64,000 nt of DNA, from positions 54,622,001 to 54,686,000 of the forward strand of contig OZ336884.1 of NCBI GenBank assembly GCA_965287045.1, written 5' to 3'. Positions within the stretch are counted from its first letter, which is position 1. Every line of letters starts with the position of its first letter. The notes beneath the pieces are model-generated. The model saw nothing but the letters and a program-made list of their open reading frames with translations, was not told where the DNA came from and did not search any database. This DNA comes from Carcharhinus amblyrhynchos. Lineage: Eukaryota. Shown piece after piece: positions 38,589-50,748 of this stretch. The position numbers were made by a program, and so were the translations under genes.

Positions 38589-40794
38589 AGCTAACAGGAA
38601 ACAGAGTTGGTCATAAATGGGTTGGCAGGATGTGATGAGTGGTGTGCTGCAGGTATCAGTGCAGGGGCCTCAACGTTTTACAAAGCTACATTAGCAACAG
38701 CCAGACACATGTCTTCCTCTCTCAGCTCCAGCTACAGAAACTCACTAAACACCCTATTTACTGTTAGATGGACATGAATTCATTTGAAAGTTCGCAGTTC
38801 TGGTCAGGCCTGCATTGCAGGGCTGCTGATAGAATTGCTGGAGGTGAATGCAAGCTCCTTTTAGTGCTTAACTTTCTCGCTGGGGATCAGTGGTTCATGG
38901 TGAGCAGCATGTTTAGCTGATTATTTTGGATCTGGTGGGATTAGGTATATGGTGAGCTTTGAGCCACCAAAGTCAACTGACAGATGCCAGCACAATCTCA
39001 TTTTTCACCTGAAGGTGATTGAAGAAAACTAATGTTAGCAGTTTGACATCTGCTGCTTTTCTCAAAAGTTCTGACTAATCCTTGAGGGATTATTCTATAG
39101 AGATATTCGTGATGAGATGCAGAGCGGTGCCATTTTCAGGTAACGCAGCAAGGAATGGCAAGGAAGTGATTTTTTTTACCATAAACACAGCATGGATTAG
39201 TGGTATGTAAATTAACTGCACTGCATTTATGCTATTTCCTGGTGTTGAAATTGCTTTATTCATCATTGGTGCTTGCTGTGTTTAAACTGTAGCTGCTAGT
39301 AAGTTGTGATTTGCAGGAGTGATAGTCAGGAAACAGGAGAAAAAAAAATTATTTCAGGCAGAGTCTATTTCTTTAGGGATGTAATTAAATATCTAGTATA
39401 CGGGCCATTGTAAGATTCTGGGCTTATGCTAAACCGCTGCTGTATTAAATGCAGGGTGCAGTTTTTACCTGTTCATGTTCAGTCCAATATTCACACTATT
39501 AACCAGCATGACCTGAGAAACAATTTAATTTCTAAATGAAGCTCCTTAAAATTTAGTACAATATTTGAAAACAGTAAATAGACCTATCTTATTTCATCAA
39601 CCATAAGAGGGCTGAATTTTGCTTTCCTTTGATTGCTCATCAGTTCTGTACAGGACAGCATGATGATAATTAATTACATTGTTACAAGAATGTATCTTAC
39701 AGTCATCATTTTATGATGAAAACAGTTTATACTACTCTCTCATGCTTCTGACCTTAAAAAAACTGGTTTTGAAACTATGCTTTGATAGCTGTATCTTATG
39801 GTCAGTGGCAAAGTAGTGATCAACTTGATGCTGACCTCAGAATCTATGGATTTTCCTTTTTATCTTTTATTTTTGATTTCTAGTGGCATATTAAGGGATC
39901 TGCAGTATCCAGCAACATGTGCATCATCAAGCAGAATAAACACATGATCCCATCAAAGTGTTTTTATAGTCAATAAATAAGGAAGTAAACACCACCTAAT
40001 CCCTGTACTTTTAAACTTTAAATTTTGTGGATAGGGAAATATATCATGGGATATACAGATGGGCTTAAATTAGAAATAAAATATCATGAACTTACTTATT
40101 TTTGATCGCTTTATAAATATGTGAAATTTATTATAAAATGGAGACACTTGTCATTCAATAATATCAAATTATTTTCTTTAGGGCGAGTGAAGTTTTTCCA
40201 GTAATTAGGAACTTGGTGAATTATTTAAAACCTCGCTTACACCTCATTAAATACAGTACATTGTTTTTAGCTTTTGTTGAAGTGAGAAGAAAGGAGTGAT
40301 TTTCTGGTCCCATTCAACACAGGCCCAAATTTTGTTCTGGCTGGAAAGTCATGTGAAAGGGCCATAATAGCATATGTGCTGGGAAGATCTCAGAATGAGA
40401 CCTTCCCACCTCCCTTGCCAGTGGTACCATCAGCTCCATGCCCAGCGAGAGCATGAACCTGATGACCATATTTAAATTTCAAAATTGTTTTAACACCATA
40501 TCTTTCTGTTCCCACTCACCGACATAGCACCAGTAGGAATTAGTACTGGTCTCCAAGAATGGTGACCATACCAGGTGCTCGGAGGCCAGTGTAGCCCCAG
40601 GCTGGTCAGGGTCTTGGCACTGCCCCCTGTCCCCCTGCCTGTGCAATCTGACACTGCTAGTGGTGGGGCCTATAGGGGCTGGGGGTCTATAGGGGGAGGT
40701 TCTGCAGGTGACACCATAGCAGGGATTCATTTCATGCATGGTGGGGGGAGGGGGAAAGTGCTAGGGACCGATGCCCTGAAGACTGGGGATGGAT

Positions 40795-41075
40795 GGCAGG
40801 GTGGCACAGTGGTAAGCACTGCTGCCTCACAGTTGACTAGTTCAATTCCAGTCTTGGGTGACTGTCTGTGTGGAGTTTGCATGTTCTCCCTGTGTTGGTG
40901 TGGGTTTCCTCTGTGTGCTCCGGTTTCCTCCCACAGTCCAAAGATGTGTAGGTTAGGTGGATTAGCCGTAGTAAATGTGTTGAGTTATGGAGACAGGTGG
41001 AGGGGTGGGAATGGGTAAGATGCTCTCTTTCGGAGAGTCGATGGGCTGAATAACCTGTGCCTGTAGGGTTTCTGT
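40795..41075 (+). mobile_element. HE1-type V-SINE, abutting a GC-rich MITE fragment (about 40280-40790)
   Basis: GGTGGCACAGTGGTAAGCACTGCTGCCTCACAG head and V-domain. Confidence 0.85.
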
Positions 41076-41852
41076 TGTGCACGGGATAGGGGGGAATCCT
41101 GTATGCAACAGGATTGGAGAAATCACTGAGCAGCAATATAACATTTTTAAATAACTGTTAAACTGAAACAAAATCAGAAAATGCCAGTTTGTAACTTTTA
41201 TAGCAGTATAGAATGTGTAATGTTTCACGTGCAACTCTCCATCAGAATTGCAATGTATTTAAAATGGGAAGAAAATAAGGGGAGGGACAAACAAACACAC
41301 ACACGACAAAGGAAGTGCAGAAAATTGGTTTCATATTTAATTTGGTCAACAAAGTTTGTGTTCAGAAACAAAAATGTAAGGAAAACTTTTCCATCACTTG
41401 CAAAAGTAGTAACAGTATTTACTTTGTCTGAAGCAAAATAATGATCAGAGCTTTTGACCAAGCTTGACATTTGCTTAAGGAAGATTGATTTATGAAATAG
41501 AATTAAGATTATATAAATAATGTCAACGTTTCAGTAACATGGAACTTCTGAATAATAAAAACTTGGAGTAATAAATGTGACATCTGTAGATTTTTTTCTT
41601 CCCTTACTTTGTAAGGGGATATCAGTTGAACTTCGAATAAATAACATTAATTCACAATTCAAAGTTGTAGTTGAAGATTGTAAATCACAATCTAGCCAGT
41701 TATCTGGTTCTGAATGAGTGAAATTTTCTCCAGTTAACTAATGGGAAGACTGCCTGTGACTTCAGTCCCTGCCTCAAACTCCATTTCCGAGCCACTGACT
41801 CCTTCCCTCTTCCTAGCAACAATCTGAAGAAACAAAATCAGACAGTTTTCGA

Positions 41853-42314
41853 CAGTAGTGGGCAACCTGTGGCCCGGGGTCACATGCTGATCATTGGAAT
41901 TGTTGCCCGTGAGACATTTTGTTGACCATTGCCCACGTGCAGGGTTGCCAGATTCCACTGATGTCCGCCTGTGTAGTTTTTTCCTACCAGTATGACGGAT
42001 CTGATACGCATGTGAAGCAAGGGTATGTGTAGCGAGGTTCATGCTGATTGCACACAACATTGACCACGAGAGCTGAGTGCTACCTTTGCTTCCATAATGT
42101 ACACATTTATTTTGTTTTTACCATTTGAAGTTGATAGTTCTAATAATATATAAATGATTAAGCTTTTTCTATAGCATTTTATGAAATATTACATTCAATG
42201 TATTTAATATTATTCATGGAGGCATGGTTACTGAACAGTCTTGCAGGGCCCACTGAGGAAATTAAGCAGGGCCACTCATGTGGCCCACTTGCTAGCCTAC
42301 ATTTCTCATCACTG
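41853..42314. mobile_element. hAT-type MITE inserted into an L2 fragment
   Basis: Termini CAGTAGTGGGCAA and TTCTCATCACTG, subterminal GTGGCCC motifs at both ends, imperfect 8-bp TSD GTTTTCGA/GTTTGCAA. Confidence 0.55.
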
Positions 42315-42322
42315 GTTTGCAA

Positions 42323-42970
42323 TCTTAATGTCAGCTTTGATAGCTAGATGAGTTTCTGACCACACATCCATAAGACCACCCATTTCCACCTCCAAATGTC
42401 TGGCCTTAGTTCATCTGTTGAAACTTAATTCTTGCTTTTGTTATCTGAAACTTTCACGATTCCAGTGCACTCCTGGCTAATTTCCCACTTTCTATTAGTC
42501 ATCAATTTGAGATTATCCAAAACTCTGTTACCAACGCCCTATCTCACAGTGAACTATCTTCATCTATCATCCCTGTGCTCATTGACTTATTTTGGCTCTT
42601 GGTCAAATAATGTTTTAATTTTAAAAATTCTTATCCTTGTTTTTAAATTCTTTCATGGCCTTGCCCTTTCTAACTCTGTGATCTCCTCCAGTCCCACAAC
42701 CTTCCAAGTTAGCAGTGTTCGTTTTATTCTGGCCTATTGAGGATCCTTGATTTTTAATTCCTCCATTATTGGTGGTTATGTCTTCATCTATCTTGGTCCT
42801 AAGCTCTGGAAATCTCCCTAAACCTCACTGCCTCATCTATCTCTGACCGCATTTTTGGCCATCTGCCCTTATATGTAGTCTGGCATCTAATCTTTTATTA
42901 TGCTCTTGTGAAATGCAGTGGAATGTTTTACTGCATTTAAGGCACTATATAAACATAAATCATTGTTGTA
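42323..42970 (+). mobile_element. L2 LINE 3' fragment
   Basis: L2-type ORF end (TTTAAAATTCTTATCCTTGTTTTTAAATTC...AAGCTCTGGAA) and 3' motif AAGGCACTATATAAA. Related fragments at about 47.4-48.1 kb (+) and 51.8-52.4 kb (-). Confidence 0.65.
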
Positions 42971-45183
42971 AGTGTCCCTTAATCACACAAGATGTTTTCA
43001 TATAAATTAGTTGAATAATTTTTCGACAAATATTTTACCTCACTCTCATCTGAGACAGGTTTGAACAGAGATGTCCAATATACAGAATTTCATAGTATGC
43101 AATCTGTGCAAAAAACATTGACCTGTAGTCTCTCACCCTAAAGCACTTGAGAATATCTATGTACCATTCAGCATGATTAACTTTCCATAGAGTTTTAGAA
43201 AATTATAGTCAAAGCCTTCAGTATTTCTACCTTCGCTTCCTTTGCCATCTAAAAGAAGCCTTTTTATTGCCTTTTTTTGCAAGTACTTCTCTTAACCTTT
43301 TACTTCCACCTTTTGCAGCTGTCCATCTCTTTTTCTAATTTTTTAAATGATCAATTGTTCTATTTACTAATTTCTCTTCCATTTCATCTGACCAATTTTC
43401 CATTTAATCTCACTATGTTGTCAGGGAGATGGTGGCTTGTTGATAATGTCACTGGACCAGTAATTCAGAGACGCAGGATAAGGGGGACATTGGTTCCCCC
43501 CTCCACAACAGCTGGTGGCATTTGAACTCAATTAATAAACCTGGAATTAAGGAAATCTGTCATTCTTACCTTGTCTACGCGTGATGACAAATCACAGCAA
43601 TGTGGTTGACTCATAATTGCCCTCTGAAATGGTCCAGAAAGTCACTCAGTTCAAGGGCAGTTTGGGATAGGCAGCAAATACTAGTCTTGCTAACGATGCC
43701 CACACACCATGTAAGAATAAAGGGAAAAAAGGTAAACAGGTTTTGGAATGATTCTTCACTTTATAAAATTCAAGATTGATGAGTTAGACATTGTTTCATG
43801 AGTTCTCAAAATAATCATATAAATATTCCCAATTGCTGACTAATAAGAGTGCACTTTGGAATCCCTGCGCAAAGGTCAGAGGAAAGATAGCAAAATCACA
43901 CCATGTTCCCTGTTTTGTCCCACAGCATTTGTTTCAAACTCCACATGACACACCAGGACCTGTGCCTCCAATAGATGCAGGCGAAGGATTTTTTGAATGA
44001 GATGAAAGGGTTATTCCCACACTTGCACCTACCTCCTCCTCATTTGCAGCCCACACAAAAAATGGTACTTTTGTTTTGCCTTGGAGTTACACTGACTCGA
44101 GGCTCTGACAGACCCTGAGGACAGACCAACGATCGTAAAGGAAGATTGGAAATTTAATTTCAAGCACCCATTCTAAAGGCAGTAGGGGGCTTTCTGGCTA
44201 CTGATATCCATCAGTGACCAGAAGTTTTCAGTGTTGGAGACTTGAAGCACAGTTGCAGATGCAGTTAAATTTACTGCTTACTTTTAGTTGTAAAACTCAG
44301 CAAGGGAGCAGATCAGGGAGACCTCCCATGTCCAAAATGTATGCAGGTGTGTTTTCTTGGGTGTAACATTCTTGCAGTGCATGTGAGAAGAAAATCTACC
44401 TAGTATTTTCCAAAACTTTCTTACCAGTTGCACTGTCGAAATGCTATTAGTCTTCTCATATTTCAGTACCATTTGGAAACTAGTTTTGTGCCAGTGTAAA
44501 ACATGTAAAGCTGTTACTGAGAGTGCACTGCAGAGAAAAGAATAAAAATGGACTTACTTGAGATAAAAACAAACGGGAAATATTGTCAGTGAATCAGTTC
44601 ATAAGTAGCACTTAACGAAACCTGCAATCCACCTCATTTTTCTTGTGGGGGCTGTAATGGTTATTGCTTTTTAAAAAAATAATTAAAGGGAACTGAATGC
44701 TGTGATCTCGACCAGCTGTTATCACTCTCTTTAACTAATTACAGGGAGCTTGAAAAAGTGATCTCTACCAGCTGTTGTTGATGTCCTTTTATACTCCCAC
44801 AATTGTTAAAAGTGAACAAAATAGCAGATATAAAGTTTACAGCTTTAATGGATTTTGTAGCAGTAATCTTGTTACTCGAAACCTGTCCTATTATTAGTTG
44901 ACAAAAGCTTTATGTCTGTGCTTTGAGCTGATCTGTGAACACAGCACAATGTATTGGTAGCATGAGAATAATTACAACATGCAGTATTCATTATTACCTG
45001 AAAATGTTTTCTGTCCATTCAAAACTGCTGAAGCTTTCTATTGATGTCCAAAGATTAGTGAAAAATCAGGTATTTACATGCAATTTTAAAATAAGAGGCC
45101 TTATTTACTCTGCAACTTCAATCATTCAGTTTCTGTGATTTGTTGCTTTTATGAAATACTTACCCTTTTTTACATCCGAACAG

Positions 45184-45263
45184 AAATGTTGAACATCCAT
45201 ACTGAGCCTTCCTATGATAAAGATAGACCTGCTGCATCATTGGAGACTGGTGAAACATGTAAG
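45184..45263 (+). CDS. TIAM1: TIAM1-like coding exon (PDZ-DH linker)
   Basis: cag| ... AAG|gtaagt (consensus donor); 80 nt, phase 1-0, compatible with the previous exon. Encodes (E)MLNIHTEPSYDKDRPAASLETGETCK. Low conservation, as expected for a linker. Confidence 0.75.
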
Positions 45264-48109
45264 GTAAGTCTGTTGTACTGTTTATTATCACAGTTGAGTG
45301 TGCACAAACCTGACCTTCCTTCAGCCCATTCAATACATTTTGAGGGATTTGGAGTTAAGAAGCATCAGTTTATTAGAATGTTAATCTATTTGATCTTTTT
45401 GGCATTGGCGTAGCTTCTGGGGTAAATTTTCACTCCTGTTTGCAGTAGCTGTTACTAAATATTTTGTTCATTAGCTGTAGTGCTGGAAATACAGTAGAGA
45501 GAAATGTGTTTTCATGGGAATTAATTTTTCTGACTGCGTGTTCCAAAGTAAAACTAAGCAGCACTACCTGTGTGCTACCTCGGGTTAAGTTACACTCAAA
45601 TTGTTCTGCATATTTTAAGCAGTATTACATGTTTTGAGTGAGGTTCATTGCTACAAACATCCTTACTATTCATTTACAGATCCTCAAATGTATTCGCTCG
45701 AGTATCTAGCATTTGAATGCAAAAAATGCTTTCGGAGACAGATGTAATTTTTTTGTATTTCAATGATATACTAAGTTGTATCATTATCTATTGTAAATGC
45801 ATTTTTATTTTAGTAAATTTTCAATTTTCTATTACGTTCTGGTAATATTTATGTTTAAGTATTAAATTAACTGCTTTCAGATTCACCATTTGGATGGTTA
45901 ACTTGTTTTTCTCCATGTCGATAGCCATAGAAACAAAGTTCAAAAATAGCTTTTAACACATTGGCAATGGTTATAGATTTTAGATGCTTCAAAAATGCAC
46001 ATCTAGCTTTGAGAAAATGTCACAAAATGAAACTGCAAAATGAATCTGTTTCTGTGCTTATTAGTACAGCTATTAATTACTCTACAGTGTTGCAGTGTGT
46101 ATTTGGTCTGAAAAACCTGTGCTTAAATCCTCCTCCTTCTGTCTTGGTCACATTTGTTATTCATTATATAGTGTGGCGTATTCAATTATGGTTGCCTGTT
46201 AACCCATATGAACTGCCATATTAACCTCGAATGTTAGAGTATATGGTAGATTTTGTAAATTGTTTTATCTTTCTGACCAAGTATAGTAAAGTTTATTTTT
46301 GTTTGTTCAAAACCCACAAATCATTATTATGTTAAATGTCTTGACACTCAAACTTTGAACAAAACTTTCTTGGTCCATAATCGGAGTTTACCAAAAACTT
46401 GGGGGTCTGGTCTAGGATTGTTACAATACCCTAATTAGGAAAGCAAGTAATCCTCTTTCAGGATACTTCCCACCCCACTTTAGTCTTGAAGGAACACCAT
46501 ACAGCTTTTCCCAACAGAGGTCATCACACTACACTTCAAACGTAGTTTATTTGGAAGCTCTGAGAGTGTGAAAGGTGCTATATAAAAGCTCATTCCTTAT
46601 AATGCCCAGTTTAATTTTGAGAAATAAAATATCAGTAGAGTAAAAGAGACGATAAAGTGTGGAGTTTAACCTGAACTGTTCAGCTTTTAGGTTCATTTGA
46701 TTTAAAATCAAACTTCAATAAGTTGCTAACATTTTTATTAACCTTTTAGTAGTAATTAGTTTAGCTCAAGATTTGGCACAACTGAAAGCTGTGATACATC
46801 CTATCTATGTGATGTAAGAAGTCTTGGATACTTTGTGATTCAAGATGACTACTTGTCTCTGATTATTTCTTCAGCTTGAGCAGCAGCTGGGAGCACTCAT
46901 CACAAATGAGGGTTTGGAAAAGTTCCTGGAATGTTTATTCCAGTAAATAGTCATCCCACAGATAGAGCACTTAGAGAGGAAGAGAAGTAGGTGACTATTC
47001 ATTGGGAAAAGGAAGAGCAGCAGGAAGAGAAGTAGTGTAATAATCTCTGAGTTGGAACAGGTACCAAGTATCTGTGACATTTGCAGCAGGATCTCGAGAA
47101 GGATAATTACAAATAATGCTGGGGTACTGTGAAATTTGTGGTTATCTAAGAAAGCGAAGGAGTGGTCAAGTGCAGAACATTGGCAAAATAGAGGATTCTG
47201 TACTCAGAAGAGTAGACAAGTGGTTTTGTCATTGCAACTGAAAGTGAGAATGGCACATTGTGTCCATGCTGCCAGGAATAAAAGGCACAAAAGATATCGG
47301 ACAAGGAAGGGAATCAACCAGAAGTCATGGTTCATTTTAGAACCACTTACATAGATATAATACAAAAAAGCCTAAGATAGAGGAACAGAAAAGTTGGGTT
47401 TGTTGTGGTGTGGGAGCTGGTCTGCCTTTCATTTCTCGGTTCCATTTTTAGCTATCTAACTTAGCGGGAGTATATCCAAAAGTGGCTTTGCTAACTGGAC
47501 AGAGTCCCCAAGAACCTGTCATTCTTCTTGCCTCCTTCATTAGCATGCTACCCTCAGCCACCATGAGCCACAGATACAGATTAGTGTATCTCCTTACAAT
47601 TCCTAGATCTAATTCGACACAGTGTCTCATGACTCCAAAGCTATTTCTTGTCTTGTCAGACTGGCTATCCCATATCCAGTCTTGAATGCGCAACACTTTA
47701 CTCTAAATGTGGGGAAGGTTGAAACTATTATCTCCTCCCACCGCAAAACTATACCATTTCCATTTCGATCCATTGTTTCATTCTAAATCAGGCTGTCTAA
47801 TGTCTTGGTATTGTATTTGGCACCATGTGGAGCTTCCAGCTCTATGGTTTCCCATCAGAATGACCACTTACTTCTATCTCTTGTAACATCACTTGTCTCA
47901 TCCTCTATCTCAGTCCTTTTTCCATTGAAACGCTCATTCATGTCTTTGTTGCCCTGAGACTTGATTCTAATACTCTCCTATCTCATTCTTCATGCTCTAC
48001 ATACACAAGATCATTTTTTAAAAAAATCTCTGCTGCCAATATCCTACTTGGCACCAATTCTTAGTCTCGCATTACCCATGTCCTTGCTAGTATTCATGGG
48101 CTCCTAGTC

Positions 48110-49442
48110 CCCAGTTCCTTCAATTCTAGAATGGTTCAAGTAGATTGGAAGTTAGCAAATGTAGTGCTGTTATTCAGGAAAGGAGGAAGAGAGTAAATTG
48201 AACCAGAAGCCTTTATCTTGACATCAATCTTTGGGGAAATGCTGGAATCTATTATTAAGTAAATCTTAATAATCCCTTTGGAAAATCGTAACATGATTAG
48301 GCAGAAACCACCATGGATTTTCAAAAGACATTCATTAAGATTGCAGAAAAAAATTAGCACACGCGCTCATGAAGTTGGAGGTAATATATTCACGTGGCTG
48401 GAGGATTAGTTAATGGACAGGAAACAAAGACTGGGATAAACACGACATTTTCCAGTTTGCAGGTTGTAACTGCTGGAGTGAAATAAGAATCTGTGCTTGG
48501 GGCATCAGCTATTTACAATCTCTGTAAATGACTGAGATGAAGAGATGGAGATTAATGTATCTAAATTAGCTGATGATGCAAAGTTGGATGAGAATGTCAG
48601 CTGAGAGGAGGACAAAAGAGACTACAAAGAGGTATAAACAGGTCAAGTGAGTGGGCAACAGAGTGGCAGATGACATAGCATTTGGAGAAACGGTAGGGTT
48701 ATTAATTTTGGCAATAAGAATGGAAAAGCAGAATATTTTTCAAAAGTATTGAAACTTGTAAAAGTTGATGTTTAAAGAGACTTGGGTGTACTCATGCAAG
48801 GAATACAGAAATGTATGCAGGTACAGCAAATAATTTTGAAGGCAGATGGCAAGTTGCAAAGGAATTGTATTATAAAAACTAAGAAATCTTGCTACATTTG
48901 TGTAGGGCTTTGGTGAGACCACACCTGGAGTAATGTGTGCAGTTTTGGTTTCCATATTTAAGTATTTATATTGGAGGCAGTATAGCAATGGTCCACTAGA
49001 TTGATCCTCAAGATAAGGGGGTTGTCCAATGATAAGAGGTTAAGTAAGTTAGGTCTATATTCTCTGGAATTTAGAAAAATGAAAGTGATCCCATTGAAAC
49101 TGACAAGATCCTGAATAGGCTTGAAGGTGTTGATACTGAGAGGTGGTTACCCCTAGCTAGGGAATCTTGAACATAGGGTACAATTTCAGGATAAGGGGAC
49201 ACTCATTTAGGACTGAGATGAGGAGAAATTTCTGTACCCAAATGATTAATAATTTCAGAAATTAGCTGTCCCTGAGGGTTGTGGATGTTCCACGGTTGAT
49301 GAAGTTTAAGGCTGAGATAGACAGATTTTTGAGGAGCAGGCTGGAAAGTTGAGTTGAAGTTGAAGATCAGCTATGATCATATTGAATGGTGGACCAGGTT
49401 CCACAGGCCTTATGATCTACTCATCCTATCTCCTATGCTTCT
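48110..49442 (+). mobile_element. Degenerate CR1 LINE ORF2 and 3' end
   Basis: WKLANV..LFRKG, SKLADDAKL and ALVRPHLE motifs; CR1 3' UTR. Confidence 0.85.
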
Positions 49443-49799
49443 CCAATATTAAAATTTTCATGCTTGAGTTAAGACCTCTCCATAGCATCGCTCATCTAAT
49501 TTTTCTAACCCTAACCAGCCATACAATAATTGTGCCTGAGCCTGAACTCCTTTTCCAGGAGATTTTCACAGTAACTTCATTTCAGTGTTAATGTACGCCT
49601 ACTGGCGACACTAACAAATAAACTTCAGCAAAATAAACTTTAAACTTCTCTGACTTCTTGTCACCCCTTTTCTCCTCCCACCCTTTTCTCCACAATTGGC
49701 TCTGCTTTCAGTCTGGAATTCTGTCCCCAAAATCTTGGTTTTTCATCCTGCGCTCCTCCTTTTAAAGCCCTTCTTAAAAACCCATTTTGATCAAAATTG

Positions 49800-50748
49800 T
49801 GACCATATCCTTGGCTCAACGACCTTCAGCTGCTTCATCATTGACCTTCCCTCTATCATAAAGTTAGAAGTATGGATGTTTGCTGACGATTGCACAATGT
49901 TCAGCACCATTCACGATTCTTCAGATATTGATATGGTCCATATGCAGCAAGACCTGGACAATATTCATGTTTGGTTTTATAAATGGCAAGTAATGCCACA
50001 CAAGTGCCAGGCAATGGCCATCTCCAACAGAAGAGAATTTAGCCATCGCCCTTTGTTATTCAGCAGCATTACCAACAGTGATTCCCCCACTATTAATATC
50101 CTTGGGATTATCATTGACCAGAAATTGAACTGGTCTAACCATATAAATACTATGGCTGCAGAGCAGTTCAGAGGTTAGGAATTCTGTGACAGGTAATTCA
50201 GCTCCTGTCTCCCCAAAAGCTGTCCACCATCTACAGGGCGCAAATCAGGAATGTGATGGAATACTTCCCACTTGCAGCTGCAACCACTCTCGAGCTTGAC
50301 ACCATCCAGGCTAAAGCACCCCTGTTAGCACCCCATTCACTAACTTAAACATTCACTCCCTCCCACTATGCTCCCACATAGTGACAGCAGTGTGCATCAT
50401 CTACAAGATACATTGCAGCAATTTGCCAAAGCTTGCTGGACAGCAGCTTCCAAACCTCTGACCTCCCCACCTAGTAGGGTAAGGGCAGCAGATACATGGG
50501 AACATGGTCACCTGCAAGTCCCCCTCCAAGCCACACACCATTCCAACTTGGAATTATATCACTGTTCGTTCACTATCATTGGGTTAAAATCCCTCCTTAA
50601 CAGCAGTGTTGGTACCTACACCACATGGCCTGCAGTGGTTTAAGAAGGCAGCTTACAACCATGTTTCCAAGGGCAATTAAGGATGGGAGCCATAATGGTT
50701 GGCCTGGTCAGTGATGTTCACACCAATCAAAGAATTTAAAAAAAAAAC
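49800..50748 (+). mobile_element. CR1/L2-type LINE, 5'-truncated, with A-rich tail
   Basis: ORF 49696-50178 contains FSCFIIDLPSIIKLEVWMFADDCTMF...DLDNI..W..KWQV; poly(A) near 50738-50747. Confidence 0.88.

Noticed and set aside
49696-50178. 160-aa ORF, the longest in the window
   Set aside because: Fragment of a LINE reverse transcriptase, not a host gene.
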